Position numbers and translations under genes: made by a program. Under the pieces are notes generated by a model. The model worked only from the letters and a program-made list of their open reading frames with translations, was not told where the DNA came from and ran no database searches. From Schmidtea polychroa (Eukaryota): a stretch of DNA of 64,000 bases. Location of the stretch: assembly GCA_044892525.1 (NCBI GenBank), contig CM097885.1:20646001-20710000 (forward strand). The letters run 5' to 3'. Shown here piece by piece: positions 45,924 through 57,518 of this stretch (within the stretch, counting starts at the first letter, position 1; every line of letters starts with the position of its first letter).

Positions 45924-46361
45924 ATGCTTGCAAATATAAATTATCGAGGAAATTTTGATGTTTCAAAAATGAGGTTCCCACTAGGAAAACCACAGCAAAT
46001 TGTCGATAGAAGCGGGAAATATCCGATAATATTTTTCAAGACTGGCAAATGCAGAATTATGGGATGTAAGGAACCATTGGATATTAATAAATTACAATAT
46101 CGAATCAATAATATTAAAATTCAATCAATTACCGTTACTATGGATATGGGACATACTATCAATTTATACAAAATATCGAGAAAATGTGATTGTATGTTTG
46201 AACCGGAATTGTTTCCGGCATTAAGACTATTAAAATATAACCCTATATGTGTCAATGTGTTTTCAAGTGGAAAGGTTGTCATGCTTGGGTTGAGAAATTT
46301 AGACTATAGGGAATTTGTTAACAATGTTCGGAATGAGTTAAATTCATTGGTCGATTTCTAA
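45924..46361 (+). CDS. TATA-binding protein (TBP)-like protein, 145 aa
   Basis: Two TBP half-repeats: IIFFKTGKCRIMGCK, and FEPELFPAL..VNVFSSGKVVMLG. Confidence 0.8.
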   Translation: MLANINYRGNFDVSKMRFPLGKPQQIVDRSGKYPIIFFKTGKCRIMGCKEPLDINKLQYRINNIKIQSITVTMDMGHTINLYKISRKCDCMFEPELFPALRLLKYNPICVNVFSSGKVVMLGLRNLDYREFVNNVRNELNSLVDF

Positions 46362-46450
46362 TTGGTTAATTTCTAATTGGTTAATAATAATAATATTAAC
46401 TGTTTATTGTTTAGATGTCATTAATAATGTATACTAGCGCGGCAAAATCA

Positions 46451-46824
46451 ATGTCTGAGATCGATAATTACGGTAAATTTTTAATTTATATATATTTTTT
46501 ATATATTTTATAGATGAATATTCCAAAGTGATGTTAAATTGCCTCAAGTATTTCTATCCTCAATTGAATGAAATTCTGAAGGACAGGGATCCAGAGATTA
46601 TACCAGATTTGGTATACAATGCAACAAGAATCTGGATGTTCGATATATTAAATCAATTCCAATGGGATATCAAGATCGACAGAATGCAGAAAGAAATGGA
46701 ACCAGAATATCCATGTATCATTGGATGCAGTTGTTGTGCTGATCGTTATCAGCGATATGTAGAATGGAATTTAGTAAAAACACTTAGAAGATATTACTAT
46801 TCTAGGATTGTTGATTTAAATTAA
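46451..46824 (+). CDS. Unknown small protein, two exons (46451-46472, 46514-46824)
   Basis: A 41-nt GT..AG intron joins MSEIDNY to DEYSKVML in frame; CIIGCSCC motif. Confidence 0.6.
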
Positions 46825-46876
46825 TAAATATTTTTTATGTATTTTGTTTTTTTTTTTTTATATATTGATGACCAAA

Positions 46877-46917
<41 letters not shown>

Positions 46918-47141
46918 TAATAATAATAATAATCATACATGTGCAACATTAATGCAATTTAAACAAAGACACATTAATGCAAACCATGTGCAACATTGAT
47001 GCAATTTAAACAAAGACATGTGCAATACAAATGCAAAGCATGTGCAACATTGATGTAATTTAAACTTTAATCTGATTGGTTGTTCCATTTATTTTGAAGG
47101 TATAAAAACCCTGTACCATTTCATTTTAATCATAATTCACG

Positions 47142-47549
47142 ATGGTCAAGAAAAGCACTGAAAAACCGAAAGATGAACTTGTTCAGCCTGTTCAAATGTT
47201 CCACAACTACAAAATGTATTTTTTAAAAGAAGAAATCAATATGAAATTGGTTGCACCGGTCAAGTTAATTCCAACTCAATTTCAATTCTTATCCGGCACG
47301 CTTTCAATGGTAGATGTTAAAACCATAGATGATGTTTTCAAACGGTTGAATTCAAATCTATCATGTAATCAAAATGCATGGTTCAACAACCGATATGCAA
47401 AATTTTATGATGCCTTTGATGAAATCAGTTTCAAAGAAAACGAAAATTGGTATATAACAATTGCAATCCAAGGATATAAAGTCGATAATAATGATGTGTA
47501 TTCTCCAATTTGGAAAATTATGTCTGCTAGGCTTTCACAACTATTTTAA
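47142..47549 (+). CDS. Unknown 135 aa protein, possibly an OB-fold ssDNA-binding protein
   Basis: Intact ORF with upstream CCAAT and TATA boxes. The beta-rich aromatic C-terminus (YITIAIQGYKV..YSPIWKI) suggests an SSB; this is inference only. Confidence 0.55.
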   Translation: MVKKSTEKPKDELVQPVQMFHNYKMYFLKEEINMKLVAPVKLIPTQFQFLSGTLSMVDVKTIDDVFKRLNSNLSCNQNAWFNNRYAKFYDAFDEISFKENENWYITIAIQGYKVDNNDVYSPIWKIMSARLSQLF

Positions 47550-47701
47550 TGTATTTAATAAATGTATATAATGTATTTTAATAAATGTATTTAATGTATT
47601 TAATCTTATTTATTTTATTAATATTAATGCAACAGTAATGCAAATTTAACAAAGACATTCTATAAACAAACTTACATTATAGTTTAAAAGTGTTAATAAA
47701 A

Positions 47702-48130
47702 ATGACTACAGAAAAAGGTTAATTTTGATTAATAACTTACCGAATTATTTATTATTTAGAAATTGTAATCAACTTTTTGTTGGAAAAATTGGCAGAAATA
47801 GCTGGTGTAAATGTTGAGGATATATTATCTGTTGCAAATGCATTAAATATAGGCTGGATAGTTGAAAGTCAAGATTCAGGATTTGATGAAAGTGAAGTGA
47901 GTCAAGAAACTGATGTAGAAATTGATGGAGAAAATGATGGAGAAAACACCCAAGAAATTAGTGAAAACACCCAAGAAATTAGTGAAAACATCCAAGAAAT
48001 TGATGGAGAAAACATCCAAGAAATTGATGGAGAAAACAATCAAGAACAACCTAACGATTGTATAGATCATGTAGTTGATAATATTATGAAATGTGGAGAT
48101 GACTATTGTGAATGTGTTAATAAATGTTAA
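47702..48130 (+). CDS. Acidic repeat protein, two exons (47702-47717, 47760-48130)
   Basis: A 42-nt intron joins MTTEK to EIVINFLLEK in frame; ENTQEIS/ENIQEIDG repeats; C-terminal CGDDYCEC. Confidence 0.6.
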
Positions 48131-48172
48131 ATTTTAAATTTTGTTTTTTATACATAAGAAAAATAACAAAAA

Positions 48173-48362
48173 TTAATATTTATTTAAATATTTAAATAAC
48201 ATATACAATAAAACAACTCCTGTTGTGAGTTTAATATAGTTTTTCATTTTTCTTTTGATTTCATCAGTTTCTTTAGCATTGCGGGCGAGTTGATTGAGTA
48301 TATCCCATCCGCCATTATCTTCTATCCATGGACTAAACTTGGATTTGATTATCTAAAAAAAA

Positions 48363-48402
<40 letters not shown>

Positions 48403-48703
48403 TTACTTCTAAAGACCACTGATAATAATGTTCTGAGTCATGTTGGCATTTCGCAATGATTATCTTCATGTAGGTGAACCCTACAATAATTCTTGTCCAT
48501 TTCATGTCTTCATCGCAGAGACATTGAAATATATTGTTAAAATAATTCTTCTTTGATTCAAGACAATCCATATCAAGCATTCTCTGGTAGTCGATATGGT
48601 TGCCTTCAATAATTTGTTCGGTCCGATTGACCAGGAAATTGAGGCTGTCGACTATATTCGCTGTGACTAGTCCATTTAGAACGTTTTCAATAAATTTAGA
48701 CAT
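48173..48703 (-). CDS. Bcl-2 family protein, two exons (48407-48703, 48173-48352), 158 aa
   Basis: BH1-like LCDEDMKWTRIIVGFTY in exon 1. After a 54-nt GT-AG intron, exon 2 encodes BH2 SPWIEDNGGWDIL and a C-terminal TM tail YIKLTTGVVLLYMLFKYLNKY. Confidence 0.88.
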
Positions 48704-48812
48704 TTTTTACAATAATTTTTAATATACTGTCTTATTTATACTACTGTGTGTGTAATATGATTCTGATTGGTTGATAGACTATAAATGTAAAACATAATAG
48801 ATTTGATACAAC

Positions 48813-49313
48813 ATGAAAACTATATTTCTATTGCTAATTATTATAAGGAGTGTGTGCTCACACAATACGACAATAACGGTGGAGTCTTTTAATAAATCAA
48901 TATGTATTTGTCCAAATACCGCCAAGTTGATGGATATTTTATATATTCTTGACAAACCAAAATGGGCAAAGCATCCAGGAAAAAGAATATCCCAAAGATT
49001 GGAGAATTTAGAAAACAGCTATGACCTATCTTTTGAATATATACAAAATATAAAATTTAAATTGATTGATCATATTGAGGTTTTCAATAACTCAATTGTT
49101 GAAAATAAAAAGAATATGAAAATTATTGATAAGAAACATGAACATTTGTTAAGAAAGATTGATTTAATAATATTCGAAATTCGAACAATAAAAGAATCGA
49201 TAGAAAATTTGAAAACCAATTCAACGTTACCAATTTCAAACAAGATGGCAGCAAATATGAGTACATCAATATTTAAATGGCCATTGTTAATTTTAAATTA
49301 TTTCATTGTTTAA
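48813..49313 (+). CDS. Putative secreted or GPI-anchored coiled-coil glycoprotein, 166 aa
   Basis: Signal MKTIFLLLIIIRSVCS; five NxS/T sequons; hydrophobic C-tail IFKWPLLILNYFIV; upstream GATTGG and TATAAA. Confidence 0.65.
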   Translation: MKTIFLLLIIIRSVCSHNTTITVESFNKSICICPNTAKLMDILYILDKPKWAKHPGKRISQRLENLENSYDLSFEYIQNIKFKLIDHIEVFNNSIVENKKNMKIIDKKHEHLLRKIDLIIFEIRTIKESIENLKTNSTLPISNKMAANMSTSIFKWPLLILNYFIV

Positions 49314-49527
49314 TAAATGTATTGATTTAAATTATCTTTTGTCTGATATATTATTATTATTATTGGCATAAATATTATTAATTTAATTATTATTATNNNN
49401 NNNNNNNNNNNNNNNNNNNNNNNNNNNNNNNNNNNNNNNNNNNNNNNNNNNNNNNNNNNNNNNNNNNNNNNNNNNNNNNNNNNNNNNNNNNNNNNNNNNN
49501 NNNNNNNNNNNNNNNNNNNNNNNNNNN

Positions 49528-50659
49528 ATGCACTTGTATTGCATGTCTTTATGTGAGTAGAAATTACTCAGTTAGTAACAATGACTCATCGATGAGTCAT
49601 ATTCAGAGAACAAAGCATCGATAATATCCAATTCTGATTGGTTAGATGTTATCGATACTTTGTACATCTTTTCAAATGAGGTAATTATTATTTTTTTATG
49701 ATTTAAATTTTTTTATAATGAAATTTTTTTATGATTAATTTTTATTTTTTTTTTATGAAACCATTTTTATGAAAACAAATTATATGATTTATGAAATAAA
49801 TTTTATGAAAACAAACTTTTTNNNNNNNNNNNNNNNNNNNNNNNNNNNNNNNNNNNNNNNNNNNNNNNNNNNNNNNNNNNNNNNNNNNNNNNNNNNNNNN
49901 NNNNNNNNNNNNNNNNNNNNNNNNNNNNNNNNNNNNNNNNNNNNNNNNNNNNNNNNNNNNNNNNNNNTTTGGTTTACCAAAAAAGAAGTCTTCTAAAAAT
50001 TAGAGTCGTGTGATGAGTCTTTCTTTTAAAAATAAATGATTGGTCTTTGTTCAAAAAAGTCATCGATGAGTCATACAAGGGGGGGGGAGTATGCAAAAAA
50101 AAAGAAACCCCCTATCTATATGTCTTTGTCTATATGTCTTTGTTTAAATGTACTTAAATATTTGATTAAATGTCTTTGTTTAAATATTTGTTTAAATGTA
50201 TTTATTTAAATATTTGTTTAAATGTATTTATTTAAATTTTTGTTTAAATGTATTTATTTAAATATTTGTTTAAATGTATTTATTTAAATATTTGTTTAAA
50301 TGTATTTATTTAAATATTAAATATGTCTTTGTTTAAAAAATGATGAGTCATACATACTTTAATAATGAGTCAGTTGGCTTTGTTCCAAAAATGATGAGTC
50401 ATATGACCTTGTTACTAAAAATAGAATGACCTTGACCTAGTTACTAAAAATAGAATGACCTTGACCTAGTTACCGTGGTTACCACGGTTGCTATGGATGA
50501 GTCATATAACCTTGACCCAGTTACCGCTGTTGCTATGGATGAGTCATCGATGAGTCATCGATGAGTCATATGTCTTTGTTTTGCGCTGAGTCATCGGGGG
50601 GGGGGTAGTGCAAAAAAATGACAAAAAACGATGAGTCATGGAGCACACTTCTCTCTACT
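49528..50659 (-). repeat. Right terminal inverted repeat (>=1.13 kb)
   Basis: Near-identical reverse complement of the left TIR, with an internal N gap at the equivalent position. Confidence 0.95.
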
Positions 50660-50880
50660 TGTTGCAGTTTATAGGGATGAAAGCTTTCGGTTTTGATGAT
50701 ATGTAGCATGGTGGTTCTTGCGACACCGAGCTCACTTGACGATCGTCGCAATGATTTCACTGGACTGTTCTCAACCTTTTCGATGATGCGTAATCGGGTT
50801 TTGTCAGACACTCTTGGAGGGCCACTTCGTTGTTTGTCTAGGACACTGCTAGTTTCACGAAATTTATTTATCTGAAAATC
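50660..50880 (-). pseudogene. Tc1/mariner transposase N-terminal fragment split by the Maverick; the remainder is at ~33945-33987
   Basis: The minus strand reads KFRETSSVLDKQRSGPPR..SLRRSSSELGVARTTM..FHPYKLQQ. Removing the Maverick continues it as LNNLYEDDPDR, matching the HPYKxQxxxxLxxDDxxxR pattern. Confidence 0.75.
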
Positions 50881-51866
50881 AAAATAAAAATTTTTAAAGG
50901 CAAATCATAACTTAAAAAACTTTGGTTGGAATTAAATTTGACAGTTATAGTAACTGATACAATCAAACAATGTTTCATTACTCTATAAAAGAAAATGTAT
51001 TTTATTTTATTCAAGTGAGACATCCGACAAAAAGAGTTTACACCATTACTTTATAAGTTAAAAATGCTAAAGGTAATCAGATGCACTTGTAAACAGTTTC
51101 TGTGTATCGACTTATTTTTTAATCCGCAGAGGTGATTATTATCTTTCATACGCCATGTTTACAAGTTTACAGATTTTTTCTGTGACCAAGCTAATTTGCA
51201 AGTGATGTGATTTCCATTGTATTGGGGAAAGTATGCAGTAGAGTTGAATGAACAATATTGTTTACTTNNNNNNNNNNNNNNNNNNNNNNNNNNNNNNNNN
51301 NNNNNNNNNNNNNNNNNNNNNNNNNNNNNNNNNNNNNNNNNNNNNNNNNNNNNNNNNNNNNNNNNNNNNNNNNNNNNNNNNNNNNNNNNNNNNNNNNNNN
51401 NNNNNNNNNNNNNNNNNNNNNNNNNNNNNNNNNNNNNNNNNNNNNNNNNNNNNNNNNNNNNNNNNNNNNNNNNNNNNNNNNNNNNNNNNNNNNNNNNNNN
51501 NNNNNNNNNNNNNNNNNNNNNNNNNNNNNNNNNNNNNNNNNNNNAAAGTGAACCCAAACAATTCAGAAATAAAATCAAAATTTTATTTTAAAATATTTCA
51601 TTTAATAAATAAGTTAATAATCTACTACTTTTAAAGTTGTAACTAGTGTATAAAAACAAAAATATAATTATATTTAATTAAATCTTCCAAGAAAATAGCA
51701 ATTATATTTTTTCAAGTTGAAAATGAAACGCGAATTAGAAATGTTTTATTTAACCAGTAAGTGAAATACATGCATTGTATAGATTGAATATATGATGTCA
51801 TAAATTAGACTGTAAATTCTGAAAATATTCTACAGTTACTATAGAGACATTAACAGAATAATTCTA

Positions 51867-52271
51867 TTGTTCAATCACGTTCCTAATTTACAAGTTGAAA
51901 TGGATTTTGGTAAAATTAATTTCCGAAACGATACTAAATTGAAAATTGGTAATCCAATATCAAAAAATTTCAATGTCGACACAAAAACCGACCGAATCAT
52001 TCGTAACAACGAGAACCGAATGTCAAAACGAACGGAAATGTTGGAGAGAAACTGTGAAACGTCAAAGAAATATATTGAAAGAGAAATCAAAAGTCTTTCC
52101 ACGGAATTCGTCAATCAACAGTTGAGAATTTTCGTAGTATGGAAAACTTTCGGCATTTTTTTCATCTGGTTAAAATTCAACTAATTTTATAGGATGATCT
52201 TCGGAATATGAAGGAGGATAAAAAATACAAATATCAAGTGCTGACAGATCGCCCAATTAAGAACTCAATTC
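51867..52271 (+). other. Possible exons of an unidentified host gene
   Basis: Open coding-like segments flanked by TAG/GT sites (e.g. AG|GATGATCTT..CAGTTGG|GTAAAT); no family recognised. Confidence 0.25.
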
Positions 52272-53550
52272 AGCAGTTGGGTAAATTTTTTTGAAATTGT
52301 TTTCATTTTGAAAAATCTGAATTCGAATTCCTCAAAAATGTTTTTGCGGTTTTTAGTTTTTCGCTAAAAAATACCATTCTGTTTTTTATGAACTCAGAAG
52401 TTCTGAAAGTATTAGTCAAGACCCATTGGTGGGTTGTCAACTGAGTTTAGGAAGCCGAGGAAAATTTTAAGAATATATTCACCAAGAAATGACCAATTGG
52501 AATTTTGGATATTCGCATATAAACTACTTTTTTTACTCGATTACTTTGAGTTTGTTCTGATAGTTTTGTAATTCTTAATTGAATATAATAAATATAAAAT
52601 AAAAGAAGATAAGCCGATATTTTTATTTATCCTTTCATCCCTTCTTTATTAGTCGAGTGGATCACGAAAAGTTTCTACTTTTACAAAGTGGGTCCCGGTA
52701 GCCGAAATGTTGATAAATCGGAATCATATGAGAATGTTTTTGGCCTGGTAGCTCCTTTACATAAAATGCCCCCCCCCATAAAGGTGCTGGTATGTAGTGT
52801 CGCATGGTTATATTTTTTTAGTTAAATTGTAACCAGCTGAAAAGATGAAGCTATTTGTGTTTTACGAAATTCGTTCAATTAACCTTTTGAAGATATTTAT
52901 TACTTTTTAAACTGATCTGTCATCTTAAAGAACAATTACAATAAAAACATTCTTTGAAAGTTGCTAACTACTATAATGTTTATTTTTTCTCCAATTCGTT
53001 GGCAATAATAGTTTACATTAAGGGTGTCCAAGGTTTTATGGGCTCGAAGAAAAGGTCAGCATTTCTTTTTCAATTCCACTGAAATACGAAAAGAATACGA
53101 TTAGAACAACGTAAAAATAGAACGATCAGATTAATAATAATATGACCCAAACACGCAGTGATGATTCCAAACAGTAAGCAAAGGATGTGTGGCATTGGAA
53201 CATCAATACGTGAAAGGCGCCTAAATTACTTTGCGGAACATTTTAATAATGTAAACATTTACAGCTATAAAAACAAAAAAAGAGAATTTATGAATATAAG
53301 TATATAATATTATTGCATTTTTTAAAAAGCTTGACTATGAATCAGTCAATATATCGATGTTTTTGATATATTTACTGATCCACAGTCCAGCTTTTTAATA
53401 AATACAATGCCAATAGAAAAGAAATCAGTGGTGAAATTTGAAAAAAAAGTTCTTATAATAATATAATATTATGTGTACTAGTGATATTTAAAAATATAAG
53501 CACTCAAGCATTTTCTTATTTTCTATTTTAAAGTTTCTAATAAAAATATA

Positions 53551-53725
53551 CAGTAAAATCTTTTTTTACACGATTTGGAAATAACACGGTTCGTCAAGAA
53601 GAAATTTTAAATTTTTTTACACGTTATTTTTGATTTAACACGAATTCCAAAAAAAATATTTTAATTATTTACATGATTTTACAAGAAATCGTGTAAAAGG
53701 AGACCGTGTAAAAAAGATTTTACTG
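53551..53725. mobile_element. Tc1/mariner-type MITE (175 bp)
   Basis: 21-22 bp TIRs CAGTAAAATCTTTTTTTACACG flanked by TA on both sides. Confidence 0.75.
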
Positions 53726-54884
53726 TATTGTGTCAATAAATTCACTAAGGCCACCGAAAAAATCTTTGCATCGGAGGTCATAACCCTTTAGGCCGGCACT
53801 GCAAATGCGTTATTCTAATATCCACAAAAACAAACAATTTCGAAAAACTCTTAAGTGTATTTCATTTAATGTACGACCTTTGAAAGATACATTTTATTCT
53901 TCAAATATAAATTCATTGCAGTTTAAGTTTACAAGTTCCTAAAACTTTAACAATCACAAGAGTTCCAATTTTACGGTTGAAATTTGCAAGTGGTTTTCAC
54001 TCAACCGGAACGGTGTGAAAATGAAAAAATCAAGAAATTCTCTAGAAATTGAGTGATCATAATAATTAAAATTAAAATTTCATTTTCATTTTATTAATAC
54101 AATATTTTGATTTTTATTAAAAGTTCTGCAATTTATGAGAAATTGTTAACAAATAAAAAAGGCAAATGTAAAATTAAAAGAAAATATAAATTATATTTAT
54201 CACATGATAATTTTAACATTTCATTTATTTTCATTATGACTAAAGAAATCAAATTCGTGTCGTAGCGATAATAACTGACTCCAGGGGCACGATACTTTTA
54301 AATAGAATGCAGTACCTACCTTAAAATACTCTTAATATAAAATACTCTTAAGTCACTACCTAACTACGCATTTACAAAATACTATACATTTTTTTCAAGA
54401 TAAATAAGGACGCAGGTTCAGGTTAGGCTTCGCTCCGATATTATTTTAAGATTATTACTAAATTTTAAATAAGCAACATCTTTAAACTCCAGGACAACCG
54501 GAATTACAATGAGTGTTTCTGTTGCATTTTCTGTACTTTTCGTTTAAAAAATAAAAACGCATCACTATCTTAGAAAAATGAAGTATACAGAAAACAAAAA
54601 CCTTTGTATAATGAGATATTTGATTGATTTACTGCAAACTTGATTTATAACATATTTTACCAGACAAATCAAGAAAGGAAATAATTAATTATGTTAAAAT
54701 AATTATTAATTTAACATACACTTCCTAGAAATTGACCAAAATAAAAATTGAAAATTTCTTCGAGTGACGTCCCTCTTCGCCCATCCCCTCATTACACAAC
54801 TGCATTTAAGGACAGAAATGTCGGGGTTATAAAATAATTAAAAGTAAAATTGAATTATATTTGTAATTAAGGGAATGAGAGAAG

Positions 54885-55819
54885 TGTAAGACTGGTCAGA
54901 GAGAGAGGTAACAATGCGAAGAAATAAAATGGGTAGAAAGGCTCGAGAAGGTACATCAGTACAGGAGAAAAGCACAAAAATGTGAATTGTGGAAAATCGG
55001 TAAAAGATTCATAAATTCGAATTGAAGTCTGGAAAATTGGTTATGGGTGAAGCAGGTAGCAAGGAATAACATAGTGATAGCGAAATTTTCAGAAAGTGCA
55101 ACGAGGAGGGCGAAAAGGCGCGTAAAAGATGAAAAACAAGAAAATACAATTAATTAATCAATTAATTAATTATCTATTAGAAAGAAATCCCGAGTTGGGT
55201 AAACAAAGAGAAAAGTAAACAGAAGAAAAATTTAGGCCTATTATCTTGTGACAATGATTAATGGGAGAAGACCAAGAAAAAGATAGTGCTTGCAGAGAGA
55301 CCCGGGCGGGCCATTAATAACCTTTACTTGTCGGACCATTCTGGGTGACAGCCGAAGCAGATATATAGAGTAGAATGTCAGGAAAGAGATTGGCTTAGCA
55401 ATAACCATTTGTCATCCCGATTTCAGAGAGTATATAAGGCATGGCGAAGATCAGAGCAAACCGGCATTTGGCCGAAGCTAGGAGTTCGAAGAAAACGAGT
55501 GTAGGAAAAGAGAAAAGACGAATTAAGAAGTTTAGAGAAAAAGAAAATATAGAACCAGGAGATACGTAAAGAGTGGAAAAGAATTAAATCGAATAGAAAA
55601 GGAAAGAGTTGGTCAAAAGAAGCTAGGGAATTAAAAGATGAATATTATCTTTTGTCAGGCATCAACACCGAGCGTAGAATCAATCAAACTCATAAAACTT
55701 TGGTTATTGATTATTTTGTTGTCGAGTGAAATATATTTTTGTTATTCAAATATACGTTGGGTAGTTTGTTAGTGGTGATTTTTAAATTAAAGGGACACGT
55801 GGAGTCAGAGGTTACGACT
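54885..55819 (+). mobile_element. Gypsy LTR with upstream PPT relic, related to 25602-26467
   Basis: AAGGGAATGAGAGAAG precedes TGTAAG; TATA (GTATATAAG) at ~55431; shared U5-like block; ends GGTTACGAC. Confidence 0.6.
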
Positions 55820-56558
55820 TGAATTAATAAAACTAAACAGAAATTTTAATCTTAAATCATAATAAAAACAAATGAAATGTTAAAAGGAAACAAAAGCAGA
55901 TTAAAGGTGAACTAGAAATGGGTTTTACTGAAAGTCATTCAATATTCCAACCTAAAAATACAAATAAGTTGTTTATTGAATAAATTTTTATTTTATAATA
56001 ACTACGCTTTTATCTCTTTCAAAAATGATCTTTTTCAATGCCACGTATTTCCTTATTTATGTATTTCATTTTCATTTAGCTCTCGTGTCTCAGATCTTTC
56101 ATTTATTTTCTTTACATGATAATATAAATAATTTCGGAAATTGAAATTTTATAAAAAAGAAAGATTATGATGTACAGCATTATGACTCAATAAATAAAAT
56201 TAATACTCCTCCCCCCCCCCGCCCCACAAGAAATTTGCTGTTGAATAGATATTTATTGAAGGATGCTGACAAATTATCATCAGTGCTTCACAATAAAACT
56301 TATTATAAATTTTTTTTGCTTTATTTGATATTTTCGAACGGAAATGTTATTTAATTAAATATATAATTAAATATAATTAAATATTTTAATTAAATATCCA
56401 GAACATCAAAATCGTTAGAACGACCCTAAACATTTTGAATGAGTTGATACTTTGTTTAAATGTTTAATTTGAGTGCATTTATTTGATTTATTGAGCCATA
56501 AAATGAAGGCCGTTCATTTACATCTGATGATGATATAATGACATGATTATGACATGAC

Positions 56559-56879
56559 ATGATTTACACAACCAACAGAACTCAATATTTAAAATATAAT
56601 GACATTTTGGAATATTTTTTAGAAATACAAAGAGCTAAAAGTGCACTGATGTTTCAGATAGCACGAAAATCAAAATCAAAATTCTTTTCTCATCCAGGAA
56701 TACTGAGACAAAATTCTGTGGCTCCCAACGAATTAGCGGTAATTCACGACGCAGATGATGAAGTCAATATAAACGAAACGTCATTGACGTCTCGGTTAAA
56801 AGTCCAAAGGTATATGCATCTGCGACGAACGAAATCAGCGGCAATGATTAATGAAATAGATATACAAGATAAAGTGTAA
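56559..56879 (+). other. Possible isolated coding exon, unknown
   Basis: 106-codon open frame in an AT-rich background; no motif. Confidence 0.25.
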
Positions 56880-57268
56880 ATATTAATTTTTTGTTTCAAT
56901 TTAAAAATTTAATAACCTTGAAAAGAATTCTAGAGAAAAGTGGAAAATTTATTTCCCCGTTTTTAAATCCTGGAAAACAATTGAGCTTCGATAAAGTGCT
57001 GAAAGAAAACTGTCGAGGTAAATTTTATTATTCGCAATATTGAAATTAATGTGATTTATTGAATAGAAAATCACAGAATTCTTGATAAATTATTACAGGA
57101 TCAGGCAACAACCGATAATCGTTTTATCAAGTTAATTAATATTTTGCAGCCCCTCCACCAATCATCCAAAATAAAATATTTAATTTAAAATAAAGATATG
57201 CATAAAAATGTAAAATATATTTCGTCTTTGTTTTAAATTAGAATTAAAGGAATTATTATCATTATTAT

Positions 57269-57269
<1 letters not shown>

Positions 57270-57348
<79 letters not shown>

Positions 57349-57476
57349 TTAACAAGGACTATCTTATAGTCCAAAGATTTTTTCATTAAATACATTATTT
57401 GCAGCAAAAGGCTTAAATTATCATTTTATTGTTTTAAATAATAAATGCTGCTACCAAGAAATCATCATTTTATATT

Positions 57477-57518
<42 letters not shown>

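Larger units (their letters stand above)
33988..50659. mobile_element. Complete Maverick/Polinton (~16.7 kb including N gaps)
   Basis: Starts AGTAGAGAGAAG and ends CTTCTCTCTACT; perfect 6-bp TSD TGTTGC (33982-33987 and 50660-50665); long TIRs; pPolB, integrase, ATPase, protease, and major and minor capsid genes. Confidence 0.97.
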
